64,000 bases of DNA from the NCBI RefSeq assembly GCF_006345805.1, contig NC_043000.1, positions 74,400,001-74,464,000 of the forward strand, read 5' to 3'. This document shows, one piece after another, positions 26,255-39,639 of this stretch. Each line of letters opens with the position of its first letter. Position 1 is the first letter of the stretch. The notes beneath the pieces were generated by a model. That model saw only the letters and a list, made by a program, of their open reading frames with translations, was not told the origin of the DNA and searched no databases. The position numbers and the translations under genes are program-made. Source of the DNA: Octopus sinensis (Eukaryota).

Positions 26255-27130
26255 AGCATCCACAATCAACATGTGCACAATGAAAGGTAGGTTTGATGAG
26301 AAATGCTAGAATTGAGGTATGTAGATGTGTGCTGTAAGATATACAGGAGCCTCAGCCAAACTCCCCATGAGCAAAGAACATAGATATAAATTCTTCCAGG
26401 TAGGCAATAGTGACAGTGAAGGAATGTGGGCATACTTTCAGCAGAGAAATGGGTAGATAAAGTGATTGTAAGATAGTCAGAGTATGCAACAGAATAATTA
26501 AGCTTAGACCAACCTTGGAAAATATAACAGCAACTATTATCTCTTCTTATGTTCCTCAACCAGGACTGATGGATGAACAAAAGGACCATTTTTATTATGC
26601 TTTTTTGTAAGCTACTTATATAACAAATGACAGCGATCTTATCTTTGTAGCTAGTGATTTCAATGGTCATGTTGAGCAACGTCCTGGTGGATTTCATGGT
26701 TTGCAGGAAGGCTATGGATTTGGTTCTCCAAATAAGGAAAGAAAAAAAAAGGCTCTTGGAGTTATATGATTTAAATGACTGAATGAGCTGCAACACTAAC
26801 TTCATGAAAGCAGCCAGTCACCCAATCACATATCAATCTAATGGGCATACAAATCTGATGGATTACATTCTCGACAGAAAACAGGATGGACATAGGACAT
26901 ATGGTTGTAAAAGCAAAGCCCTTACTTGGTGAAGAAAACATTACCCAACATAGGTTAATGACTTCGACGTAAAAGGACTCAGAGACACAAACTAGTCTGA
27001 AAAAGGACATATAAGTTTAAAGATCCATTGAACAGTCAGAATAGTGAAGTCCTAATTCAAACATTTGATGAGAAGGAAGAGGAGATAGTGGTATATAGCA
27101 TAATGAACAACTGGAAGTGCTACTGGGGGC
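26255..27130 (+). mobile_element. Old RTE LINE 5' (APE) fragment
   Basis: TMKGR, KEHRYKFFQVGNSD, AEKWVDKVI, VPQPGL, FVASDFNGHV recognisable across frameshifts. Confidence 0.75.
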
Positions 27131-28299
27131 TACTCACTTGATATAAATCTTCTGCAAGATGACATTAAGATAATTAATGTCTTCTTGCTGAGGATTTATT
27201 TTTGTTTCTTTCATATTGCATAGCCATTCTGCATTAGTGTTGGGTGTTTTCTCTTTTTCCCACATCTTGTTCTAGAATGTTTGACTTTCTTCCACATTTG
27301 ACATGCATGTATCTTTATCTGTTTCTCCACACATTTCCTGTTAAAGAATCTTTTTGGTCAATTTTGAAGAGTCTATTTGTCTATAGTGTTTGATACTCTG
27401 ATCATATTGAATAATTATTGGCTTACACACATTGTTTTAGTTCCTTGATTACTGCAATTCTTTGAAATCAATTGCATACTTTTTTCAGCATTTTATATTT
27501 GCACTTATTCTTTAGTTTTCCTTTCTTTCTTCTGTCTAACAGATCACTTTATTGTTTTTATGTCTCCAAAGATCATCCTCTTCCACCTTGGTTCATTGTC
27601 CATCCTTTTTTTTTTTTTAACTCCCCTTGCTTAGTAAACATCTTACTTCAAATCCCATATTTTCTGCTACAAGTATACTTGCTGCCTTTAAAAGTCTATT
27701 AGTTTTGGTGATATTGTTTGTGTGTATCTATCTATAATACATTAAAAGTCAGTTTGAATCTTGCTTACTTGCAATGTTACCCAGCCAAACTGGCCCATAA
27801 TGGGAAAATACTATTAATTAAGTTGCTCCTGAAATGTGAATACAAATGAAATAAAACAAGTTTCGCGTAAATTGGACCAGTGGTTATTGAGATATTAGGG
27901 GTTTTGTGTGTATAAATATCCAGAATGGTTCATAATGGGAAAAATACTCTGATAACAATCCTGAAAGGAAAGAAACTCTAACCTTTTCATTAGACATTAT
28001 AATGAGCAAAATATTTTAAAGTGAAAACGTCTTTAAAAATATGGTAAATATTTCATAAAAGAGCCGTTCGTAACCTCGGTGTGAAATAATTTTTTCTCCA
28101 TAGGTTTCTTTTGAGAGCATTCAACATATCTCACCTTAAAAGATTTGGCTGCTATTTCTAGCATGCCCTGCCCTAAAACTACCACAGGTGGTGGTAACAA
28201 TAACATTACACATGTCTTCGCAACATACAGCAACAGTTCCAGATTTCAGATTTCCATTTCTTACAACCTTATTTCCATGCATGCAAGCAAGCAAGCAAG

Positions 28300-29000
28300 C
28301 AAGCATTCTTATTTGTTTTAACTCATATTTCTTTCATTTATTCTGACATGAATATGACACATTTCTTTCTGCAAGTGTTCTTATTTGTTTGAATTTATTA
28401 CCCATTTCTTTCTACAAACATTCTTCTTTCACTCATATTAGTTTCATTTTGTCAGTTCAGCTACAGAAAAAAAAAAAATGGGTTCAGATTTTCTTTTCTA
28501 TCTGTCTGTCTGCCTAAGCATTTTTATTTGTTTTAACTCCTATTTCTTTCATTTATTCTGACATGGACACAAGACATTTCTTTCTGCAAGCGTGCTTATT
28601 TATTTGAATTTATTACCCCCTTTTCTTTCTAGAAACTTTCTTCTTTCTCTCATATTACTTTCATTTTGTCAGTTCAGCTACAAAAACAAAAAAAAGGGTT
28701 CAGATTTTCTTTTCCATCCATCTGTCCATCCCATATTTCTTTCATTTATTCTGACATGGACACAATAATTTCTTTCTGCAAGCGTTCTTATTTGTTTGAA
28801 TTTATTACCTGTTTCTTTCTACAAACACTCTTCTTTCACTCATATTACTTTCATTTCTTCAGTTCAGCTATAAAAAAAAGAAGGGTTCATATTTTCTTCT
28901 TTATCTGTCTGTCTGTTCAGCCTTCTATCTAAGTGTTCTTATTTGTTTTAATTCATATTTATATGATGGAATATGATACATTTCTTTCTGCAAGCGTTCT
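28300..29000. repeat. ~215-bp tandem repeat, about 3.5 diverged copies
   Basis: atttctttcatttattctgacatg...ttctttctgcaag(c/t)gttcttatttgtttgaatttattacc...cagttcagcta recurs near 28305, 28520, 28725, 28935. Confidence 0.8.
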
Positions 29001-29189
29001 TATTTGTTTCAAGTTATTATCCTTCTATTTCTCTCTGCTTACAATGACCATTTTCATTCTGTAAGTTAAGCTGATTTTAAAAAGAATATTTATTTAGGTA
29101 TCCTATTCTTACATCATACCTTGACGAGGAAGAAAGAAAACATCTGGTTGGTTTATAGATAGTTCAAAGAGAGTGCAGCTAAGTAGGCG

Positions 29190-30525
29190 AGATAACGAGT
29201 CAGATGCTCAGAGAGTTGAGCATCTGGCAGAACAGGGGGAAAGATACAGAAGCAGGAGCCAGTATGAATCGGATGCTCAGACAGCTGAGTGTCTGGCAGA
29301 ACAGAGGGAAAGAGACACAGGCAGAAGATAGCATGAATCGAACAATCGGAAAGCTGAGCATCTGGCGAAACAGAAGGACAGATACAGAAGCCGGAGATAT
29401 CATGATTTAGATGTTCAGAGACCTGAATGTCTTTCCTAACAAACCAATATGAATATACCAAGGACAGTTCAATGATGTGACCTATCTGCTGATGTTGGAG
29501 AGATGAATAAGATCTGCTGACTTTTGCCGTATGAATGGAAAAGTCAGGCTAGGGAATCTGCAGCCTTTACCCCAAGAACTTGACAATTTATTTAGTACTG
29601 TTCAACCTACAGCAAATGAGTTCTGGAAGAACCTCAGACAGTACAACTACCTGTTCCAAATTACATCTTTTGGGGCCCAAGAAGTTTGTTCCTCAAGGGG
29701 TAGATGGAATCCTTCCATCATTATTCAGGGTCAAACACATCATTACATCGGTTCATCAACTCCTAATCACAATCAACAACTGCAATTTCTTCAAATTTAC
29801 TTCTTGGATCCTCAGGACAGTGTTGATTTGAGGATGAGGATACAATGACATTCAGCGCGACGTTGAATTATTGGAAATTATATTCTGACAGTATAACCCT
29901 TACATTGTGTCATTTAGAATGACAAAAGAACAAATTAAAAATATTCCTGAAGCTACAATTATTATTGATCCCGATTGAAGACCAGCAATAGAACATGAGA
30001 GAAAATTCAATGCACAAACTGCAAATGTAATTGCCGTTATTATACAAAACATCATGGGAATTCAAGCACATTGTGTTGAAAAAAAAAGGCGGATGACTGC
30101 AAATAATCTCAGAATCCCATCAGTCTTATGACAGTTTTCAGTATGTTCTATTTTTTCCTTTTGGTGATGACGGAGGGCAGCATGACCTGCTATTGAGTAA
30201 CAAGAAGAAGTTGACACCAATGCACTACTATGCCTATCAAATAATTAACCATGAGAATGAATTCAACCAACTTCTCAGAGGTGGTAATTTATTTCAGTAA
30301 TATTTGGTTGACATGGCTGCGAAGATTGAAGAACATAGCTGCATTACATCCAATTGAATCAAACATCATTGCAGTCATGGAGTGATGCCAGGATGCCATG
30401 ATGTACATACAGAAATATGGCAATGCTTCATTCTTTATCACAATCACATGCAATCCAAGCTGGCCTGCAATCTGGCAAAACCTATTCTTGAATAAGAAGC
30501 CACACGACATCTGTCAAGTCACAAC
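29190..30525 (+). mobile_element. Helitron Rep-helicase 5' fragment, degraded
   Basis: MNGKVRL..LQPLPQEL..F.KNLRQYNYLFQITSFGA..IIQGQTHHYIGS..QFLQIYF; YDSFQYVLFFPFGDDG; FQ*YLVDMAAKIE; FFITITCNPSWPAI (Rep motif). Confidence 0.85.
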
Positions 30526-30532
30526 AAGGACC

Positions 30533-33390
30533 TCAGACAGATAATAATTTCGTTAAGATGTGTGCTGTGCCAAATAAGGCTGCTTTTTGCACTACATCAA
30601 TCTTGCATGGGATTTCCAGTTGTCTTAAGAAGTTTTGAAGTTTCAATGAGATTGAGCTCAGCACTCCAATCACCTCTGGTATCACTTTTACTTTACCCTC
30701 TCGCATTCCATACAGTCTTGCCATTTCCACTTTCAATTCAGAGTACTTGGTGATTTTTTCAACCTCTTTACTCACAACATTCATGTTATTTGGTATCAAT
30801 GATCTGACAGTATTTGTCTCTCTTATTCAATATGACAATATTTGGCTGACGGTGTTCGTTTACACAGTCCATCTAAAAATCATAGTCCCAGAGTATCGTT
30901 ACTTTTCCATCCTCCTGCATAACTTTACTTGGTATGTGCTCATACCAGTTTTCTGTTACTTCATATTGGTATTTACGGCATAAGAGCCAATGAAGATACA
31001 CACACACTTTATCATGGCGGCACTTGTATTCTTTTTGTGCAAGGCTTTCACATCCACTTACCAAGTGGGTCACATTTTCCACACTCTTTCCACAGAGTCA
31101 GCATTTCTGGGTGTCAGAAGTTTTATAGATATTATACTTCACTGGATTGGTAGTGAGAGCCTGGTCTTGTGCAGCAATGATCAAGCTTTTGGTGGTACAC
31201 TTCAAATCACCTCGCTCAAGCCATGCCCATGACACTGTATTGTCCTTAACGTTTTGTGTATTCCTTTCAAACTGTCAATGCATTCTCATTTTAAGAAGGT
31301 CTTCTTTTCTCTTTTCCTCAGCTCTTTGGTTAAACTCTTCCTTGCCCATCATTTCATCTGCATTTACACCCATGTCTTTTGTAGCATATTGCAGCAGGTC
31401 TTCATCACTATTTATCAAATACTTGGCAAGCATTCTCTTTTCACTCCTTATACAATGGTCTATACTAATTAATCCTCTGCCACCATTCTTTCTTTTCATA
31501 TACAGTCTATTTACATTTGCTTTAGGGTGTGGCACCCCATGCAGCGTCATCAACTTTCTTGTCCTTCTATCCAGTGTTGATATTTCCTTCTTAGTTCATT
31601 TGAGGATGGACGCACTATATCTGACCACTACAACTGCCCAGATATTCATTGCAGTAATCAAATTTTTGGCATTCAAGTTGGATTACAACACCATCTTCAC
31701 CCTTTTTTGGTATGCCTTGCTGACCTTGACTTTCATTTTTCTGTGTAGAATGTCATCCAGCTCCAAAATCTCTATCTATACCCAATACTGTCTGGTTTGC
31801 TCATGGTCTCTCCTGATGGTAACCGCAATCCTCTGCAGGCTGCTTTCTTCCCCCTTTTCATATTAAGTACTGAACATTTGGTAATCCCAAATTCCCTACT
31901 GATGTCCCTGCCACATTTCTGGACTGTTTTGGTTAAGGAATCTATCTGTTTTTCAGATTTCCCAAACAATTTCAGGCCATCCTTAAACAGAAGATGGTTC
32001 AAAGATGAGCCTTTCTTCCCACATTGGTAACTCATCTTAACTTTCTTAAGTATTATTGTCATGAGTATTAGTGCAATTACAAATAGTAACGGAGAAAACG
32101 AGTCACCTTGGAAGATTCCCCTTTTAATATTAACTTCTCTAAGGAATATATTACTTGAGTACAATTTGGTTTTCCACTCTTTCATGCTATGCATTAGAAA
32201 ATTTGTGATGTTGTCAGCAACACCAAACATCTGCAGGCATTCAATGATTCAAGAATGAGGCACCATATCATATGCCTTCTGAAAGTCAATCCAAGCTATA
32301 GACATGTTTGTTTTATGTTTTTTACAATGCCTTAAAATTGTTTTATCAATGACCAGGTGATCCTTGGTACCCTGAGAACTCTTTCTACATCCCTTTTGTT
32401 CCATTTGTAATATTTCTTCCTGTGAGAGGAAAGTGTATGTCTTTGCCGCCCATATTCCAGTGAGTATCTTCCAGATTATGTTTAGGTATGCTATGGGACA
32501 GTAGTTTCCCACAATATTCCCCTTTCTTCTATCTTTCATTATAAGTGTTGTTCTCCCAGTCACCATCCATGTGGGGACTCTACCTTTCTGGGCACACTAA
32601 TTCAATTGGGTTGCTAATCTTTCATGCACCGCATGGCATCTCTTCAACCAGAAGCCATGAATCCCATCTGGTCCAGGGGTTTTCCAGTTAGGCACTTTAC
32701 CCACTTGTTCTTTCACGTCAATCGTGCTTATGACAATATTCCTTTGTTTCTTTCCTCCTTGTAATTTTGTCTTGATAGTTCCTAACCACATTGCATCCCT
32801 TTTATGTGCCACATTGTTTCCCTGTAATCTGCTTCAGAACTCCTTGGCTTGATTTGCATCAAGAGCAACATTTTCCCCATTCTCTCCTTCTAACATACGG
32901 AAGAATTGCTTCAGGTTATTATTGAACAATCTGTTTTCCTCAAACTGATTCTTTCTGTTCACAAATTTTCTGATCCTCTGGCTTTTTGCTATGATCCTCT
33001 GTTTTAACTGCTCTGTTACTGCATCAAACCTGTTCTGCATTTTGTATTTCTTCTCTAATTTTTCTCGGTCGGTCTTTTTCCCATTTTTCCAGTTTCCTCT
33101 TAACCATTGCTCAATTTTTCCTAGATCTTGCCTTGCCTGCATTATGTCCCTTTCAATGTGTTGTTTCCACCATGGTTCTTTTGCTCCACCACTTTTTGTT
33201 CTCTGATTACTTGAGTACAATTTGGTTTTCCACTCTTTCATGCTATTCATCAGAAAATTTGTGATGTTGCCAGCAACACCAAACATCTGCAGGCATTCAG
33301 CAATCCAAGAACAAGGTATCATATCATATGTTTTCTTAAAGTCAATCCAAGCCATAGACATGTTTCTATGATGTTTTTTACAATGCCATA
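30533..33390 (-). mobile_element. R4/Dong-clade LINE (RT + RLE), degraded, with a duplicated internal RT piece
   Basis: WKTPGPDGIHGFWLK, EQKGCRKSSQGTKDHLVID, AWIDFQKAYDMVPHS, IKRGIFQGDSFSPLLF, HLVSGCESLAQKEYKCRHD, ILWDYDF, KITKY.ELK, QKAALFGTAHIL. Confidence 0.88.
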
Positions 33391-33456
33391 TATGTACAAC
33401 ATATTAAACTGTTGGAAAAGAAAAACATTCCTAATATTAGGCTACAACAAGTAATG

Positions 33457-34900
33457 TTAAATGCCAAGATCCCTCCTAATTATTCTAGCTGTCCCTAATA
33501 ATACTGATTTCTGGAGCTGTACTAAGCTAGGTTTTATGCCTATTTCCTCTATCCATCTGTTCAAATTTTTAGGGATCATTCCTAATGCACCTATAACTAT
33601 AGGGATACATTTTACCCACACTTTCCATAGTCTTTGTAACCCAATGGCTAGGTCCTGGTACTTTGCTATTTTCTCTATGTCTCTCATATTGACTTTCTCA
33701 TCATTTAGGACTGTAAAATTAATTATCTGGCACTTTCTACTCTCTTTGTCTACTATCTATAATCAGGCCTTCTAGGCCTCTCTCTGTCCAGATGTTAAAG
33801 TCCTACAACATCTTATATTTCTTACTTTCTAGTACTTTACTAAGTTCAAGTCCATACCATTTATCAGCATGGTAAAATCCTAGCTTTCTACATAACTCCC
33901 AGTATATTATTCTCCTTAGGTTGTCATGTCTTTTCTTGTATTCTTTCTGTGCCAGCATACTACATTCATTTACTATATGAATAACACTTTCCTCTTTTGA
34001 TTTACATAACGTACATAGGGAATCTACCTGGTTTTTGTCTGTCTTGGCTTTTATCCAATTAGTCCTCAATGCTTGATCTTGTGCTGCTACTAACAAACTT
34101 ACTGTCTCCCTTTTCAGCTTTCCTTTCTGCTACTATAACCATGTCTCAATATTTCTATTCACTGCAATTATCTTTGGTAATCTGCCATGCAAAGCCTTCT
34201 CTTGCCAGTCAGATAACCTTTTTTCTGGTATTTAACTTCATTTGGCTTTTTGAATTCCCTATGTCCTGCTGTGACTCTAGCAACTCTTGATAAACTTTCT
34301 TTACTATTACCTACATAAGAGGATATATCTACTATGGCTAACTCCATGCACTCTTCTACTGATATTAATTCTCTTCCACTTACCTTTCTTGGTAAGGATA
34401 ATCTTGCTACTCCTGCTCTTGGGTGGAGTCCTCCATTCATATTGAATTCTTTCCTATTTCTTCTATCTAGATTTTCTAATTCTGATTTTGTCCAACCTAT
34501 AAAAGCTGTTGAGTATCTAAGTATTTACAGCCTTCTTTTGTTTTCATTTCTGTAGTTAGTACTCTGTCAGATTCTAGTACTCTGAGATACTCTCTCTTTC
34601 TTTCAGTGATTTTAATGTCTGACTATATTTTAATTAGATGCCTTCACAGCTGAATACCCATCTCTTTTTTATGGCTAATATTGCACACTTATCTATGCCA
34701 AATTCCATGCCTATATCTTTGTTGAAGGGTCTTACAATTTGTATTAAGGAATTTATCTCTTTTTATTATTACTAAAAAGCTTCTGATCATTCCTGTAGAG
34801 GAGATGGTTAATATTTCCTTTACTGTTTCTGAACTGATACCCTGCCTTTGCCCTTCCTTAATACTAAACTGAGGAGGATTAAACACAAGACAATTATTAA
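33457..34900 (-). mobile_element. Second R4/Dong LINE 3' fragment
   Basis: GGLHPRAGVARL.LPRK..GR.LIS, LVAAQDQALRTN, C.LCKSKEESVIHIVNECSMLAQKEYKKRHD, KIAKYQDLAI, QKSVLLGTARIIR. Confidence 0.85.
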
Positions 34901-35196
34901 AGTGGATAACAATATTGATATCAACTTTCCCTAAGGGTGTGTCACCTGAGTAGAGATCTACTTTATGCTAAAGCTATACCAATTTCAATGGCATTACTAC
35001 TGATAATTTTATTACTATTACTTTTAGTGTTACAAGCATTTCCAGTATATTACTTATTCATCATATTATCATTCATTCCATTAACAATATAATCATGAGC
35101 ATTAACTTTATTAGTATCATTATTACAATTATTATTATTTGTTTTTATTTGTTATGCTGGTTCATTCTACTGGATAGCAAATCACATACTATGACC

Positions 35197-35700
35197 TTAG
35201 GTATCCAGCACCTTTCTTAAGTTTTTTGCTGTCTCTAATAAGGAGGCTTTCTGCATTACAGAAAAGTTTTTGTTACAACTTAGATGTTCCTTGAATTTTA
35301 AAAAATTTCTACTTGCAGTACCCAGCTTGCCAATGACAAGTGGCACTGCCTTTATACTCTTACATCCCCATAGCCACCCAATCTCACATCTCAAATCATT
35401 CTACTTATCAAGCCTTTCTTGTTCTTTCTCTTTCACTCTGGCATCAAAAGAGGCATACTATATTCACCATCATATATTCATGAGATGTTTTTTGAAAGAT
35501 AATGATATCAGGCCAAGAGTGTTCCATGACCTTATCTGTCTGCAATTTACAATTCCACAGGATCTTTTTATTTTCCTTCTCCAGCACCTTCTCAAACTTG
35601 TTATCATACCACTTTTCAGCAAAAGGGAAGTTATACTTCTTACAGATTTTCCAATGCATGATATTCGTCACCCTATCATGTTTGCTGTGATTTTATTTTT
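35197..35700 (-). mobile_element. Third R4/Dong LINE 3' (RLE) fragment
   Basis: HWKICKKY..AEKWY...ILWN..LQTDKVMEHSWPDII; VPLVIGKLG..QKASLLETAK.LRKVL. Confidence 0.8.
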
Positions 35701-35764
35701 CCAGTAATAGTTGTAGATTTTTTTTATTGCTACAAATATTAGCTTTCAAATCTCATTTCAACTA

Positions 35765-37015
35765 TCTGGCCATCCCATAAGTTCTGTCTGATTTTACCTT
35801 TTTAAAAATTGAATGAAATTTAATAGTATTTTAGAATGTCTAATGGAATTTAAAATTATTTTTATGCATTTGTGTACATTTAAACTAATTAAATATTATT
35901 TTACAGAATACTAGAATTAAAATTTCTTTGATTAAAACCCTTTCTAACATGGAAGTATCCAAAGAGCATTTGAAGCACATAATGCTTTATGAGTACAAAA
36001 AAGGAAACTCTGCAGTCAAAGCGACTTGAAACATACACTCAGTTTATGGGAAAGAATGCTTGAATGAAAGGACTTGCAGAAGACGGTTTGCAAAATTCAG
36101 GAGTGGAGCTTGAAGATGAAGATCAAACAGGACGTCCAGATGAGTTTGATGATAAGCTCCTTGAGGCATTACTTGAAGAAAATCTTGCATTATCAGTTGA
36201 AGAATTGGCAATAAAGCTTAGTTCAAACCATACAACTGTCACCTAAACTTGAAAAATGGGTGCTTTATGAATTGTCTGAAAGCAACTGCAAATCCCGAGT
36301 TGACATCTGCTCTTCTCTCCATTCTCGTGAACTCATTTCATCCTTTTTGGATAGACTTGTGAATGGTGACATAAAATGGATCTTCTATCAAAATGTTAAA
36401 TGTTGTAAACAGTGGCTTGGTAAAAGGGAAGAAGTTCAATCACAACTGAGAAGGGAACTTCATGGAGAAAAAGTTTCGTCTCCCTATCTGGTGGGATTAC
36501 AAAGGAGTAATTCACTTTGAATTGTTACCACCTAATGCAACAATCAATGCTCAAGTCTACTGTCAGCAATTAGAGCGTTTGAACCAAGCTTTGAAGAAAA
36601 AATACCTGCTTTAGTTAATCAAAAAGGAGTGATGTTTCATCAGGACAATGCGTGACCCCACACTGCAAAAATCATATCAGAGAAGATCAAAGAGCTTGGT
36701 TGGTAAAAAATTCCTCATCCACCTTATTCTCCTGACCTTGCTCCGTCAGACTACCATTTGTTTCGTAGTTTACAGAATCATTTGGGGGACATAACTTTCA
36801 CAAACCAGGAGGAGGTTGTAACTGACATTTCAGAGTTCTTCGCTTTGAAACCAAAGGAGTTTTACATTGATGGGATTAAGAAGCTTGTAAATAGTTGGAA
36901 GGAAGTCATAGATAATCAGGGAAAGTACATTGATGATTAAATTTCAATTAAATATAACATTTGATCACTTGTTTTCTTTATTCAAAATTTGGACAGAACT
37001 TATGGGATGATCTGA
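35765..37015 (+). mobile_element. Full-length defective mariner transposon (DD34D)
   Basis: ~30-bp imperfect TIRs (..catcccataagttctgtc.. / ..gacagaacttatgggatg..) flanked by TA (35763-64, 37016-17); ORF remnants from MEVSKEHLKHIMLYEYKKG (35949) to 36940 with GDIKW, HQDNA*PH, HPPYSPDLAPSD; 34 residues between second and third D. Confidence 0.95.
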
Positions 37016-37554
37016 TATATAAGAATTAGGATTCATCAGTCATAAATTCCTATTTAATAACTCAACATTTGTGTCAGAATTATCCTCATTTTCTCTTACA
37101 TCTTTATCTTCTGCCTTTCTTTTATTTAAAAAGAAACCCCTCTGATATTTGTATTTACTTGTGTATGTAGGACACTTCTTAATGGTTGTATTTTCTCACA
37201 AGTTATGCATGTGTTAAATTTTCTTTTGTTTTTACTATTTTGTAAGAAGTTTCTTTTGAAGTTTAGTATCTTGTATGCACACTGACCTTGTTCACAAGAT
37301 TTAATTTTCTTACAATTATGTTATTTATGTTTTTGATTCTTTCTTCTGTCAATCTTTTTGTGGTACAATAAAAATGTAACACTTGATTGGAAGTTTCTAT
37401 TTAACTAGAAAACTTTATTAATTGTCCATATTGGTGGACAATTAATAAATATTAAGCAGACTAGACAGCTTTATAGAGTTTCTATAAAACTTTTTTTATT
37501 TTTCATATAATTTTCATATCACTATTTCTTTCCATTATTTACCAAGGCAAAGTC

Positions 37555-37780
37555 AATACTGATTTCAAATTTTGGCACTAGGCCAGCAATTTCAGGGAGT
37601 GGTGTAAGTCAATTACATCAACCCCAGTGCTCAACTGTTACTTATTTTATCGACCCTGAAAGGATGAATGGCAGAATTTGTACTCAGAATGTGAAGACAT
37701 ACGAAATGCCCCTTGGCATTTTGCCTGGCTTCTAACGATTCTATGAGCTCTAATGCCTCCATGCTGACTCCATTCAGTCA
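37555..37780 (-). mobile_element. tRNA-derived SINE-like repeat
   Basis: acatcaaccccagtgctcaactgttacttattttatcgaccctgaaaggatgaa; related copies at 43950-44030, 45270-45510 and 48475-48690. Confidence 0.6.
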
Positions 37781-37804
37781 GGTTTTCAGAATTAAATATT
37801 TTTA

Positions 37805-39091
37805 CAGTCTGCGACAGCATTGAGGATACTTTTGAATTTTTCCCACTGACCATTCATATTCCAGGCCCTAAACACCGCAGAAAGTGAGGGAGTTTGCTGC
37901 AAACTGATAATTTTTTTCTCTCTGTAAAGGATTTTTAAAAGTAAAGAAGAAAGGAAGTAAAAACTACCACTTGAGGGAACATATTTTGCTCATGCATGAC
38001 TATTATGCCAAGTGAATGATGAAAGTAAGTAAAGAGAAAAGTCAGAAGATTGTTTATATGGATAAAAGCTACACCCACAAGGACTATTGTTGGCATGAGG
38101 ATTCACTGTACAATCAAAATGATGAACAAGACCTTACAACTATTGCATATCACAAAAGATGATATTGTTTCATTGCTGGAATTATAGATGCTGATCATAA
38201 TATTCTAAACGATCAATGATTGGATGAAGAACAGACTAGATTACTGATGGATATGCTTGATACCTTTAAAGGGGAAAGAATCAAATGAAGGATTACCATG
38301 GTATATTTGATCACTTTGTCAAATGGATGAAACAACTACTGTAGTCTTTGAAAGGGAGAAATATATCCAATGCTCTTACTGTGATGGACAATGCCAAGTA
38401 CCATAAGAAGCTACCTGAAAATATGTCAAGAAAGGTTGACAAGAAAGCAACATTACGAGAAGCATGTACAAAATATGGAATTGGTTTTGATGGCAATGAT
38501 ATGATGGTTATGTTATGGGGTCAACTGCATCCATATACCTAAGGTAATGTTATTCCTGTTATTGCAAGAATGGCTCAAGATGAAAGACATGAATTACTAT
38601 TTTCACCACCTCATTACTTGGATTTGCAACCAATTGAGACTGTCTGGGCTGTTGTAAAAGGAGATGTTGGTAGGCAGTACACAAGTGACACTACATTCAA
38701 AGATGTACTTCAAAGTTTGAAAGTTGCTTTTAATCACCTGAAAGCAAATACTGTTGAGGGATGCATTGGTAAAACAAATAGGAATCTGAGAAAACTATGG
38801 AAATGCATTAAGTCTATGGAAGATGCCTATTATGAAAATGGAGTTGATTTAGATGAGGATATGGGTTCTAGTGGCTTCTCTGGTGACATGGAAAGCATTA
38901 CTGAGGACTCTGATAATGATGATTAAAAATAAATCTAAATTTTCTTTTCTTTTACCATATTTTTCTAGCAAATGGTCAAAATATTGTATCAATTCATGAT
39001 CATACCTTTGCCAGAATTGTGCTGTCAAAAAAACCCTCGGTTTTGTGCAACATCAGAAGCTGTGTTAAAGTTTTTATTAAGTCGCAGACTG
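37805..39091 (+). mobile_element. IS630-Tc1-mariner group DD82E (Sailor-type) transposon, defective, probably internally deleted
   Basis: Perfect 11-bp terminal inverted repeat cagtctgcgac/gtcgcagactg; VYMDKSY (first D), VMDNAKYH ... FSPPHYLDLQPIETVW with exactly 82 codons between D and E (in-frame stop at 38540-38542 read through). Confidence 0.85.
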
Positions 39092-39639
39092 TTAGTAATT
39101 TAATATCATACAGTTTATTTTAATATTTTCTTAAAAAAAAAAAAACAAATGTTTTCGACATTTACCCCAGAATGTAGTTTAACTGAGTTTTTGACAATGT
39201 TGTTGTATTCCAAAAATGAAAAGAAATATAGAGAAACAAAGACAAGAAATAATAGAGAAGAGCTGTATAATCTAATTTGGATTAATATATGTCCCTTTAT
39301 ATATTAAAATTTTTAGTGGTAAGAGAATGTCATTATTTTCTCTGAATTTATCTTATGAGCATTGGCTATAAAATATATAAAATTTATTTCTTCATCTAGC
39401 TAAAAATCAATTAGTAAAGACGTGTGATATGCAAGAATATAATTTTGAGATTTAGGTGATAATCTTCATGTGTTGATCTAAGGACCTCTGATGAAATAAA
39501 TCTGGTATTACATCTTACTGAACAAATAATATAAATCATGCATGTATGTGTGTGTATATATCATCATCATCATTTAACGATGATGATGATATATGTATGA
39601 ATCGAAATCGATTAATGGAAATCGATCAATGGAAATTGC

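Noticed and set aside
26195-26288. Apparent exon with strong acceptor and donor and a TGA near its end (selenocysteine idea)
   Set aside because: Stops in all three frames; the donor-like aaggtagg is the TMKGR motif of a decayed RTE.
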